From: a bacterium
GTDB lineage: Bacteria; SAR324; NAC60-12
Reading direction: 5' to 3'
DNA: 64,000 nt
Assembly (NCBI GenBank): GCA_965205865.1
Contig: CBDBHR010000029.1
Location: forward strand, 640,001 to 704,000
Below the pieces are notes generated by a model. The model worked only from the letters and a program-made list of their open reading frames with translations, searched no databases and had not been told where the DNA came from. A program made the position numbers and the translations under genes. This document shows positions 52,356-62,978 of this stretch, piece after piece. The first letter of the stretch is position 1; each line of letters starts with the position of its first letter.

Positions 52356-53498
52356 ATGATTCCACGTATTCAAGAGACAGCAGAGCTCCAATCCCGTCTC
52401 AAGTATTTCAAAGTTACAGCATTGCTGGGCCCCCGGCAATCTGGGAAAACGACTCTGGCCCGGCAATTTCAGGCGGATCATTATTTTGATTTGGAGAACC
52501 CGCAGACCTTGGCGCAATTTCAGAACCCGCAACTGACCTTGGAGCGATGCCAGGGATTGATTGTCATTGATGAAGTGCAACGCAAGCCGGATCTATTTGC
52601 TTTGATTCGTTATCTGGTGGACACAAACTTCAAGCAGCATTATTTGATCTTAGGCAGCGCCAGTCGTGATTTAATTCGCCAGAGTTCAGAAAGTCTGGCA
52701 GGGCGGATATCGTATTATACCCTTTTGGGGTTTCGTAAAGAAGATGTGCAGACTGATGAGTTGGAACAATTATGGTTACGAGGCGGGTTGCCTCCTTCCT
52801 TTTTAGCAGAAGATGAGGCAGTCAGTATGCAATGGAGAGAGGATTACATCCAGACTTTTCTGGAAAGAGATATTCCTGGATTGGGCATCCGGATTGCCGC
52901 GGAAACCTTGCGGCGTTTTTGGCAAATGGTGAGTCATTATCATGGGAACATCCTCAATTTTTCAGAATTGGGACAATCCTTCGGGATTGCGGACACCACG
53001 GTCCGGCATTATACGGATATATTGAAGGGCACTTTCATGATTCGGGTTTTGCCACCTTGGCATGCCAATATTGGGAAGCGTTTGGTCAAAAGACCAAAGT
53101 TGTATTTTAGGGATTCCGGCCTTTTTCATGCGCTGCTCTCCGTTGGCAGCTCCCTTGCCCTCCATACCCATCCTAAGTTGGGCAGTTCCTGGGAAGGGTT
53201 TGCTCTAGATTGTGTGTGGCGGAGTGTGGGTAAATCGGACGAACAGGCATTTTTTTGGGCGACCCATTCGGGGGCGGAAGTGGATTTATTTTGGCAGCAT
53301 GAAGGGAAAGGATGGGCGTGTGAATTCAAATACACCGACGCGCCGACTTTGACAAAGTCCATGATTTCTGCCCTCTCCAGCCTTCAGTTGGAAAAACTCT
53401 GGGTGGTCTATCCCGGAAAAACCCGCTATCCCCTCCACGAGAAGGTGGAGGTGCTCCCCTTGCAGGACATTCCTGCCCGTTGGGTATATAAGACATAG
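52356..53498 (+). CDS. AAA+ ATPase (AAA_14 + DUF4143 type)
   Basis: GPRQSGKT, IDEVQ, LGSAS, RGGLP, PKLYFRDSG, EVD..CEFK. Confidence 0.9.
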   Translation: MIPRIQETAELQSRLKYFKVTALLGPRQSGKTTLARQFQADHYFDLENPQTLAQFQNPQLTLERCQGLIVIDEVQRKPDLFALIRYLVDTNFKQHYLILGSASRDLIRQSSESLAGRISYYTLLGFRKEDVQTDELEQLWLRGGLPPSFLAEDEAVSMQWREDYIQTFLERDIPGLGIRIAAETLRRFWQMVSHYHGNILNFSELGQSFGIADTTVRHYTDILKGTFMIRVLPPWHANIGKRLVKRPKLYFRDSGLFHALLSVGSSLALHTHPKLGSSWEGFALDCVWRSVGKSDEQAFFWATHSGAEVDLFWQHEGKGWACEFKYTDAPTLTKSMISALSSLQLEKLWVVYPGKTRYPLHEKVEVLPLQDIPARWVYKT

Positions 53499-53526
53499 AG
53501 TCATTCATCATGAATATCGAGGAAAG

Positions 53527-53589
53527 GGGGACATGTACACCGCTGCGCATCCCAACTCTACTGTTTTATGCCTGCTGTTACGTGTCCCC
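53527..53589. repeat. 63-bp mini-element with GGGGACA..TGTCCCC inverted ends
   Basis: GGGGACATGTA / TACGTGTCCCC (10 of 11 match as an inverted repeat). Confidence 0.55.
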
Positions 53590-53796
53590 TAATTTTGCGT
53601 ATCCATACTTCTAACTTATTTAAATTTCATTCCTTAGTTATTTAACTGAGATTTCAGTTCAGTGAGAATATTTTGCAATTCACCACCGTCTTTCTGGTTT
53701 AGTTCTTCTAAAGGGCTAACAGGCTGCTTCAGCAAGTCTTGTACCATTTGAATTTGGCTGACCAATCTTTCCTTTCTTCCTCTTTTCTGTCCCCTT

Positions 53797-55402
53797 CATG
53801 AAAGAGGGTTCTCTTTTTATCCTCTTCTGAAGAAAATGAGGTCAGCTTCCACATTGGTTTCCATTCAAAAAATGAGAAATCACATGAAGAACTGGTAAAA
53901 ACGAGTGGAGGTGATTATACTCAAATGCCAATGTCCAACCAATCGGAGCGAAAACTATGACAGAGAAACGAATCATCCGTTTTGACTGGGCTATCAAAAC
54001 GGTCCTACGCGATAAAGCCAATTTTGATATTCTGGAAGGGTTTCTGACGGCTCTCCTCCAGGAAGAGATCCGCGTGGTTTCCCTTTTAGAGAGTGAGAGC
54101 AATAGCGCGGAGGAACAACAAAAGTTCAATCGGGTGGACCTTCTGGTGAAGGATTCTCAAGACCGTCATTTAATTATTGAAATCCAAAATCAGCAGGAAG
54201 CGGATTATTTGGAAAGACTGCTCTTCGGAACCTCGAAGGTGATTGTCGAAAACCTGCCACTCGGAGAGACCTACGATCAGATCAAAAAAGTCATTTCCAT
54301 CAGTATTCTTTACTTCAACCTGGGTTTGGGAAAGGATTATGTTTATTATGGAAAGACGGAATTTCGTGGCATCCATAGCAATGATCTCTTAAAAATCCGT
54401 GAGAAAGTCAAAGGTCCTGATCATCTCACTCACCTTCAAGCAAAAAAGAACCTCTTTCCTGAATACTACTTGATCCGTGTGGAGAGCTTCCAGGATATGA
54501 TCGAAGCGGACTTAGATGAATGGATCTATATGTTAAAACACGAATCCATCAAGTCGGAATTTAAATCGAAGCACATTCGTGAAACCGGGAAAAAATTAGA
54601 CCTTTTGAAAATGGGTTCTGAAGAACGCAAACGTTATGAAAGGTATCTTATGCATTTGGTTTCGGAACGAGGAATCATCGAAACAGCAAAAGCAGAGGGG
54701 AGAGAAGAAGGAATCGAAAAAGGAATCGAAAAAGGAATCGAAAAAGGAATCGAAAAAGGAATCACTGACATGGCAAGAGAAATGAAACAAAAAGGGATTG
54801 ATCTAAAAATGATCAGTGAAATTTCCGGATTGTCTCCGGAGGAGATTGAAAAATTATAAGATCCTCTTACTTCTTTCCTAAAACGAGCAAACCATCAGCT
54901 TTAGCCCACCAATCCGGTGAATGCGCTGTGGATGGTTCCCGGGACCCACCAGCAGGACAAGCTCGATATCGTCGCACGGATCCAGGCATGGGGGTCGGAT
55001 CGTCTCCCGGGGGCCGTCCCGATACTGTGTCAACCGGGCAATGTGGTGATCATGAACCGCCAGGTGTTGCATGGACCCTTTGCCAACACCTCGACGGTCA
55101 TGCGGGCGACTTAGCAGTTTGGCTTTCACAGTAGAGAATTCCGCAACCAGGCGTCCCCGCGCCTCACAGAAATGTGGGGTATAAAGCCGGATGGACCAAG
55201 AGTGTAGGCCTCGTCATTGAGCCCCGAAAGCGAAGGATCATGTTGGAGGAAAGCCGACAGCCTTCAAGTGTCGGAAGGCAGCAGTCCGAGTGCGCATCAA
55301 AGGGCTGGCACAAGGACACCACCGAAAGGTCGACCCCGCATCGAAGAGCGGGGCATGCGCTCATATGAGTAAAGTAAGCAAAAGTCGGGACTTGACCCCT
55401 TT
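53797..55402 (+). repeat. Rpn module, copy 2
   Basis: Bounded by TGTCCCCTT (53788) on the left and TGACCCCTT (55393) on the right. Confidence 0.92.
53957..54859 (+). CDS. Rpn family PD-(D/E)XK nuclease, copy 2
   Basis: Near-identical to copy 1; GIEK x4. Confidence 0.9.
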   Translation: MTEKRIIRFDWAIKTVLRDKANFDILEGFLTALLQEEIRVVSLLESESNSAEEQQKFNRVDLLVKDSQDRHLIIEIQNQQEADYLERLLFGTSKVIVENLPLGETYDQIKKVISISILYFNLGLGKDYVYYGKTEFRGIHSNDLLKIREKVKGPDHLTHLQAKKNLFPEYYLIRVESFQDMIEADLDEWIYMLKHESIKSEFKSKHIRETGKKLDLLKMGSEERKRYERYLMHLVSERGIIETAKAEGREEGIEKGIEKGIEKGIEKGITDMAREMKQKGIDLKMISEISGLSPEEIEKL

Positions 55403-55499
55403 ATTGGGGATGGCACTCTGTGTGGTGACGCCTGGATGAGAAGGGGGCAAAAAAACTGGACTCATTCCTAATCAAATAATCAAAGGCCTGACCCCATCT

Positions 55500-55587
55500 C
55501 TCATGACTCGGGGACTCGGCGGGTCGTTACTGCCTTACCGAGTAAGAGACTTTCACTCTCTATTTCTTGCCAGCTTTCCTGGCGCAC
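55500..55587 (-). ncRNA. 5' 88-nt fragment of the 9696 group II intron at a second site
   Basis: Reverse complement matches 9696-9783 with one mismatch; upstream exon is GGGGACAGGTT. Confidence 0.88.
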
Positions 55588-55627
55588 AACCTGTCCCCAT
55601 CTCTCGCCGTCATTGGTATCCCTGAGC

Positions 55628-56437
55628 TTACGCAGTTTCCAGCAAATGCTGGAGAGCGGCTTCTAAGTGAGGCGTATGCTTCGTCAGCACTGGTACGAGG
55701 GTGTCGTCGGTGACCTCGAAGCACAACGGGGTGACGGATATGAGCCCCCTATTGAGAGCCCAGACATCCGTCCCCTCTTCGATGTCGGGATGGTCCTCCG
55801 CGATGGCGGAAAGCTTCTGATAATAGAGTCCATCGTTGCCCTGTTCCGTTCTCAATCTCCAGTATGCAAGAGAAGAGAGTTTGGTGACGACAATACCCCG
55901 GATTTCTCCGCGAGAGACACTGGGGACATTCACATTGAGGGTAATGCCCGCCGGCATTTCACCCTCTGCTATGCGGCGCGCCAACAATTCGGAAACCCTA
56001 CCGGCAAGGTGGAAAAGCGGCTCTCTTTGGTCTTGCGGCCCCTGTTGGCTCAGAGAGATGGCCATTGATGGGATCCTGCGGGTATGAGCCACTCGAGTCG
56101 CCATGGTAGTCCCCGATCCAAGGATACCATGACTGACGTTGGCACCCGTGTTGATGCCGGAGACGACGAGTTCAATATTCCCTTCAGCCAAGGGCCCTAA
56201 CCCCAGGAACACACAATCGCTTGGTGTGCCGCTGACGGCATAGGCACGTGCTCCCTTGATGGAAGCAGTTCGTTCAGCAACAACAATGCCGTTATGAAAG
56301 GATACGGCGGTTCCCACGCCACTCTGCTCTTGGTCCGGGGCAACAATGAGCACTTCCCCGATCCGACTCATCGCTTCGGCGAGAACCCGGATGCCGGGCG
56401 ATTCGATGCCGTCGTCGTTTGTGACCAGAATCTTCAT
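55628..56437 (-). CDS. surE: 5'/3'-nucleotidase SurE
   Basis: ILVTNDDG, GTPSDCV, SGINTGAN, SGT, LNVNVP. Confidence 0.9.
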   Translation of the reverse strand: MKILVTNDDGIESPGIRVLAEAMSRIGEVLIVAPDQEQSGVGTAVSFHNGIVVAERTASIKGARAYAVSGTPSDCVFLGLGPLAEGNIELVVSGINTGANVSHGILGSGTTMATRVAHTRRIPSMAISLSQQGPQDQREPLFHLAGRVSELLARRIAEGEMPAGITLNVNVPSVSRGEIRGIVVTKLSSLAYWRLRTEQGNDGLYYQKLSAIAEDHPDIEEGTDVWALNRGLISVTPLCFEVTDDTLVPVLTKHTPHLEAALQHLLETA

Positions 56438-56515
56438 GGACTTTGTCCCTATTTTGAATTGGAATGGGTCAAAACGGTGCTTCTCAGGGAAACGCTTGTG
56501 AAAACCCCCACACCG

Positions 56516-58726
56516 TCACTCGTCGAGGAGTGCGACCACACCGGTGTCGCCATCCACACGGATCACCTGCCCGTGCTTGATCCTCTTGGTGGCAATCCCG
56601 AGACCGAGCACTGCCGGAATGCCATATTCCCGCGCAACGATCGACCCGTGGGCGAGGATACTGCCCAGATCGGTGACCAGGCCGGCGGCATGGGCAAAGA
56701 GCTGCGTCCAGGCCGGCGTGGTCAACGGAGCAACCAGGATCGATCCCGGCTCTCACTTGTCAAAATCCGCCGGGCCCAGAACCACGCTGGCCTTGGCGGT
56801 CACCTGACCGGAGCTTACCGCAAAACCACGTATGGTAGCACTGGAATCATCATTGAGGATCTGTGCGGTCGTCGCTGCCGCTTGGGCAACAATCCTGTTT
56901 TCCCCCGCCTCTTCAGGAACGACTACCGGCGGGAGATGCTTTCTTCGTGCCTCTCGGAGCTCTCGTCGCTCCGCCGCCAACTCACCCAATCGGGGCAAGG
57001 CTTTGCCCGACTGGCGCGCCTCAATCGCCTGGTTCAACTCGTCGGTGAGCAGGTAGAAGGTGTCTTCGGCATCCAAGAAGGTGCCCACTTCCACCAGGCG
57101 ATGGCCCAGTTCGAAAACCATGGGGCGCAATACCGACCAGCACGAGCCCACCAGGAAGGAGACTTCGTCTTCCCGTAGGCGGGATTCTCGCTTTCCGGCA
57201 TCGTCACCTGAAACGCCAGCTCATCAAGAGGCTGCGAGGCCTCGAATGTGCGAAACGCTTGTCGATCCACCTCCGACAAGTCCGCAACCATTAACGCCAG
57301 GTCATGTTGTTCCTGATCAGGAGCATCCGTGTCGAACGGATGTTTAGGAAGCTCGTCGGCATAGGGCTCTCGCTGCTCGTGCACATGCGGATTGTCCATC
57401 CGGAGGTACGCGTAACCGTTCAGACTCACCATCAGTGCCCCACCGTCGACGAAGGGGCTTTTTTTGCCGCCCGAATGGGGTTTGATCGCCAATCCAGGCC
57501 ATCGGTCAGGTACAACTCGTCAAACAACGGGCAGAGGGGGTCGGGCATGTTTTCGACAATATTGCGGCGCACCAGATGGCGGACCGGTGGTCTCGGGGTC
57601 CAGTCGACCTCGATCGGCTGTACCGGGAGATGGGTGATCGGCCGGGATTGCAGCAAGTGCAGCTTGCCACCGGAGAACGCCCATTCGATATCCTGCGGCA
57701 GGTCATTGTACAGCTGCTCCACTTTAAGGGCCGTTTCCACCAACTCGCTCAGCATGGCATCGGCCAGGGAGGACTGTGCTCGCTCACCCTCGGACACCTC
57801 CTCCAGGCATATCCCCTGCTCGCCGTCGGCCACAATCTTCTGCTCTTTGGGGCCAATCAGGGTTTCCTTTGCGGTCCTGGAGCCCTTATCGATGATGTAG
57901 GTATCGGGAGTGACCTTTCCGCTCACCACCGCTTCGCCAAGACCGAAGCTGGCGTTGATAATCATCTCACCGCGCTCCCCGGTAGCTGGGTTCGCTGTAA
58001 ACAGGATGCCCGACACTTCCGCTGGCACCATCCTCTGGACCACCACGGCCATGGCCACGGAGTCCTGAGCGATCCCGTTCCGGTGCCGGTAACTGATGGC
58101 CTGCGCCGTCCACAGCGAGGCCCAACAATGCTTCACTGCCGCCACAACGGCTTGCGCGCCGGTGACGTTGAGAAAGGTTTCCTGCTGGCCGGCGAAGGAC
58201 AGCCCCGGCAGGTCTTCCGCATTTGCTGAAGAGCGTACCGCGAGCGCGGGTTCGCCTGCCAGCGCACGATAGGCTTCGCTAATTTCAGCACTAATCTCGG
58301 CTGAGAGTTCGGTGTCGGCAAACAGTTGCCGGATGGCGGCGGATGATTGCTCGAAGGAGGCTCTTCCCTCCACGACAGCGGGCTTGGCTAATTCAATGAT
58401 TTGTTCCTGCAGGCCGTTATACTGTGAACGGATGTTTTCTTCATTTTTTATCATCCTGAGGGAACTGAAGGATCTTCTTGACTCCCATGAGATTCTTGCT
58501 TAGGCAGCCACTTTAGCTCAGAATGAAAGGTCTTTTGAAAAGTGAAATTTAAACCCGTTCATAGTATATCAGTGACAAAACGCCGATAAGCCGCTGTGGT
58601 TATCTGAAAACCGCCAGGTACCTGGAAACCGGCGTTTGCCAACTTCGCAAGCGAGCGGCCTTTACCCCCGACGACTTCAAGCGCGTCGTCTTTTGTATCA
58701 AGTGAGGTGATGATGGTTATTTTCAT
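56516..58726 (-). pseudogene. PEP-utilising enzyme (PEP synthase / rifampicin phosphotransferase-like), fragmented
   Basis: GGKG, AVRSSANAED..SFAGQ, GLGEAVVSG, DIEWA, LQSRPIT, HGSIVAREYGIPAV; MITE insertion, frameshifts, internal deletion, internal stop. Confidence 0.88.
58420..58566. mobile_element. 147-bp IS630-type MITE
   Basis: TIR TACTGTGAACGG / CCGTTCATAGTA; TA duplication; removal restores ..FVTDNGLQ.. Confidence 0.85.
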
Positions 58727-58811
58727 TTTTCTGATGACTAATTAATTGGAATAAACCCTACCTCTGGTGGGGGACTCCTATAGGTTTGACCGTGCGCAGT
58801 GGTCATATTTT

Positions 58812-59004
58812 AGTCCCGGAGGGACGAAAGGTCATAGCTCAGCCATTGATGGCTGGGGACCGATTTTTATGATGGATCCAGTCCCGGAGGGACGACACTT
58901 AAAGCGCACTGAAGAAAAAGTGTCGTCCCTCTGGGACTAAAAACGTTTTGTGGCCTATCCCAGCCATAAATGGCTGGGATAGGCCCTGTCACCCCTCCGG
59001 GGTT
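58812..59004. repeat. REP-like palindrome cluster
   Basis: GTCCCGGAGGGAC x2, GTCCCTCTGGGAC, CAGCCA-N4-TGGCTG x2. Confidence 0.75.
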
Positions 59005-59084
59005 TTCTCACCTTCACCTGTGTGAGATCGAACCGGACCCCTCGGGGGGACCCAATAAATAGCCTTTGAGGCGTTCACAATAAT

Positions 59085-59107
59085 AAGCCACCGGCTTTAG
59101 CCGGTGG
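59085..59107. repeat. IS200/IS605-type end hairpin
   Basis: AAGCCACCGGC-TTTA-GCCGGTGG, immediately after the permease stop. Confidence 0.55.
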
Positions 59108-59112
59108 TCACT

Positions 59113-60069
59113 TTAAATGAAAGGGTTGATCAGCCGGGCGAGGAGGCCTCGTTTGCGTTTCCTGGCGCCGTAACTTCCCTGCCCGCCCTTCAGCCGGGGG
59201 TCGAGCAGATCCCTGAGGGCATCGCCGAACATGTTGAGGCTGTAGACGGTAATCGTCAGGCAAAGCCCCGGCCAGAGCGCCAGCTGGGGGGCTAATTCCA
59301 TGTACTGACGCCCTTCCCGGCTGAGCATCCCGCCCCAGCTGGGAACCTTGAGAGGTAGACCAAATCCGAGGAAGCTCAGCGACGCCTCACTGATAATCAC
59401 CGCCCCGATGTTGATGCTGAAGATGATGAGGACGGGCGCCATAATATTGGGCAGGACATGGCGGATCAGGATTTGGCTCGTGGGGGTACCCACGGCCTTG
59501 GCTGCCAGAAAATAGTCATTCTCTTTGACCCCAATCACGGCGCCCCGGACGACTCGGGAGCCACCGATGCCGCCGGATATCCCCAGGACCACGATGATCT
59601 GGAATAAACCCTGCCCGACGATGGTCATGATGGTTAACAAGAGCAGCAGTCCCGGGAAGGCCATCCAGGCATCGACAAAGCGTTGCGCAGCCAGGTCGAC
59701 TTTCCCCCCAAAGAATCCGGAAGTGCCGCCGATGAGGAGCGCGACCACCACATTCAGCAGGGTCGCGGACAGACCGACCATTAACGAAATGCGAGCCCCG
59801 ACGATCAGGCGGCTCAAGAAGTCCCGCCCCATGTGGTCGGTCCCCAGGAGATACCGGGCTGAGGGGGCATGCAGGATGTCTACTAAGTGCATTTCATAAT
59901 AGGGATAAGGCGCCAGAACATCGGCAAAGAGACTGACAAAAATCAAGAGCAATACGATAACCCCGCAGAACGACCCCAGCGGTTTCTCCTTGAGAAGCCT
60001 GATCAGGAAATACGCCAGCCGGCCCCGTCGCTTGGGCTTCCTTACTACTGATTGTGTTTCTTGGGTGTC
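59113..60069 (-). pseudogene. DppC/OppC-type permease, near full length but with its start codon lost
   Basis: Frame open to DTQETQ.. (cf. MNNTQET of 63947) and preceded by TAG; could still start from an internal TTG. Confidence 0.75.
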
Positions 60070-60481
60070 CTAGATTGACTTGCAACTGGGTGGCATTCCG
60101 CTCCATTATGAAAATTACAAAGGCACTACTGAGGGGTCGCAAAAGGAGTCTCTATCGATTCCTTCCATTGTCCGACAAACCCAAGCAGAGAATATGGAGG
60201 CTTTCATTGACAAAATCCAAAATGATGAGGCCTTTGTGAAACAATGGATCAAAGTGTCAAAGGACAATATCAACCACTCTCGAAAAGCAACTAAAGAACT
60301 CCTGGATTTGGACGAGATTAATGATATTGCGCTGCCAAAAACGGCCTGATATAAAAGTGTGCCATCGGCAAAAATTATCAAAAAAAAATTTTCGAAAACT
60401 CAAGAATATATTGCTTGACAAGACAATGCAATTGCATTACCTTATAAAGGGAGGGATGAATATATATATTTTTATCGGGAG

Positions 60482-60817
60482 GTGATTATGGCTCAGTTAT
60501 CTTTATACAGTGACTCTATGCTGACAAATCGGTACCAAACCACAATACCGGATATGGTAAGAAAAGCACTTCATTTAAAAAAACGCGATAAGATCCTTTA
60601 TACTCTTCAAGCTGATGGAACGGTAATGATATCTCGTGCGGATCAGGATGAAAACGATCCTGTTTTGTCTCAGTTCTTATCCTTTCTAGCAAAGGATATC
60701 AGCCAAAACCCTAAAAACGTAAGTTCCCTAGGCTCTGATTTGGTTGAGCGCATCCGGCCCCTCGTCTCTAGCGTTGAAATAGACCTAAATACCCCTCTTT
60801 CTGATGAGGATGATTAA
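60482..60817 (+). CDS. prlF: PrlF/SohA-family antitoxin
   Basis: LTNRYQTTIP..VRKAL..DPVLSQFLSFLAKDI. Confidence 0.88.
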   Translation: MIMAQLSLYSDSMLTNRYQTTIPDMVRKALHLKKRDKILYTLQADGTVMISRADQDENDPVLSQFLSFLAKDISQNPKNVSSLGSDLVERIRPLVSSVEIDLNTPLSDEDD

Positions 60818-60819
60818 GT

Positions 60820-61313
60820 GTGACAAAAGTAAAATCTTTAGTCATCAAGGGGTGGAATATATTTGGCCATGCTTTATTCTTAGACCAAGTGGAATCGCTC
60901 ATCGAGCAAGTGGAATTGCTACGCCAGAAAGATCCTGTCCATTACAAAAAAAAGAATGTGACAAAACGTCTTGCAACCATTTTGAGGCTAGCTTTTGAAA
61001 TCATCCCTCAAGATCCCACTCTTCCGGAGTATCGTCAAGGAATGACGCTCGGAGATCCTCACAAACATTGGTTTCGGGTAAAATTCTTTCAGCAATATCG
61101 GCTTTTTTTCGATATCACTTAGAAAGCAAGGTCATTGTTTATGTTTGGGTGAATGATGAAAGGACGAAACGAGCATTCAACCGGAAAACAGATGCTTATC
61201 GAATATTTAAGAAAATGCTGGAAAAGGGACATCCCCCTAATAATTGGGAACAGCTGATCAAAGAAGCTAAAACCGAAACAACCCGTCTCAAAAAAGCGAT
61301 TGGTGAAAAATGA
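60820..61313 (+). pseudogene. yhaV: YhaV-family toxin, frameshift in a T7 run at ~61103-61109
   Basis: IPQDP..YRQGMTLG..HWFRVKFFQQYRLFF / RY..IVYVWVNDE..DAY. Confidence 0.85.
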
Positions 61314-62893
61314 GGTCAGCTTCCTCATTGGTTTCCTTTCAAAAAATGAGAAATCACATGAAGAACTGGTAAAAACGAGAGGAGGTGATTATACTCAAAT
61401 GTCAACGTCCAACCAATCGGAGCGAAAACTATGACAGAGAAACGAATCATCCGTTTTGACTGGGCTATCAAAACGGTCCTACGCGATAAAGCCAATTTTG
61501 ATATTTTGGAAGGGTTTCTGACGGCTCTCCTCCAGGAAGAGATCCGCGTGGTTTCCCTTTTAGAGAGTGAGAGCAATAGCGCGGAGGAACAACAAAAGTT
61601 CAATCGGGTGGACCTACTGGTGAAGGATTCTCAAGACCGTCATTTAATTATTGAAATTCAAAATCAGCAGGAAGCGGATTATTTGGAAAGACTGCTCTTC
61701 GGAACCTCGAAGGTGATTGTCGAAAACCTGCCACTCGGAGAGACCTACGATCAGATCAAAAAAGTCATTTCCATCAGTATTCTTTACTTCAACCTGGGTT
61801 TGGGAATGGATTATGTTTATTATGGAAAGACGGAATTTCGTGGCATCCATAGCAATGATCTCTTAAAAATCCGTGAGAAAGTCAAAGGTCCTGATCATCT
61901 CACTCATCTTCAAGCAAAAAAGAACCTCTTTCCTGAATACTACTTGATCCGTGTGGAGAGCTTCCAGGATATGATCGAAGCGGACTTGGATGAATGGATC
62001 TATATGTTAAAACACGAATCCATCAAGTCGGAATTTAAATCGAAGCACATTCATGAAGCCGGGAAAAAATTAGACCTTTTGAAATTGGGTTCTGAAGAAC
62101 GCAAACGTTATGAAAGGTATCTTATGCATTTGGTTTCGGAACGAGGAATCATCGAGACAGCAAAAGCAGAGGGAAGAGAAGAAGGAATCGAAAAAGGAAT
62201 CGAAAAAGGAATCGAAAAAGGAATCGAAAAAGGAATCGAAAAAGGAATCGCTGACATGGCAAGAGAAATGAAACAAAAAGGGATTGATCTAAAAATGATC
62301 AGTGAAATTTCCGGATTGTCTCCGGAGGAAATTGAAAAATTATAAACTCCTCTTATTCTTTCCAAAAACGAGCTAACCATCAGCTTTACCCCACCAATCC
62401 GGTGAATGCGCTGTGGGTGGTTCCCGGGACCCACCAGCAGGACAAGCTCGATATCGTCGCACGGACCCAGGCCAATGGGGGGTCGGATCGTCTCCCGTGG
62501 GCCGTCCCGATGCCGTGTCAACCGGGCGATGTGGTGATCATGAACTGCCAGGTGTTGCATGGATCCTTTGCCAACACCTCGCCGGTCATGCAGGCGACTT
62601 AGCAGTTTGGCTTTCACAGTAGAGAAGTCCGCAACCAGGCGTCCCCGCACCTCACAGTAATGTGGGGTATAAAGCCGGATGGACCAAGAGTGTAGGCCTC
62701 GTCATTGAGCCCCAAAAGCGAAGGATCATGTTGGAGGAAAGCCGACAGCATTCAAGTGTCGGAAGGCAGCAGTCCAAGTGCGCATCAAAGGGCTGACACA
62801 AGGACAGCACCGAAAGGTCGACCCCGCAGGATCGAAGAGCGGGGCATGCGCTCATATGAGTAAAGTAAGCAAAAGTCGGGACTTGACCCCTTT
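61307..62893 (+). repeat. Rpn module, copy 3
   Basis: Near-identical to copies 1 and 2; identity with copy 1 extends into the downstream permease tail. Confidence 0.92.
61431..62345 (+). CDS. Rpn family PD-(D/E)XK nuclease, copy 3
   Basis: Near-identical to copy 1; GIEK x5. Confidence 0.9.
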   Translation: MTEKRIIRFDWAIKTVLRDKANFDILEGFLTALLQEEIRVVSLLESESNSAEEQQKFNRVDLLVKDSQDRHLIIEIQNQQEADYLERLLFGTSKVIVENLPLGETYDQIKKVISISILYFNLGLGMDYVYYGKTEFRGIHSNDLLKIREKVKGPDHLTHLQAKKNLFPEYYLIRVESFQDMIEADLDEWIYMLKHESIKSEFKSKHIHEAGKKLDLLKLGSEERKRYERYLMHLVSERGIIETAKAEGREEGIEKGIEKGIEKGIEKGIEKGIADMAREMKQKGIDLKMISEISGLSPEEIEKL

Positions 62894-62978
62894 ACTGAGC
62901 ATCCCCCCAGTTGGGAACATCGGGTGGTAAGCCCAGTCCAAGGAAGCTCAGCGCGGCCTCCCACAAAGGGAGAGATTC

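Noticed and set aside
43333-62345. Rpn copies with intron-like RNA as a diversity-generating retroelement or retron
   Set aside because: No reverse transcriptase in the window, and differences between copies are not visibly adenine-restricted
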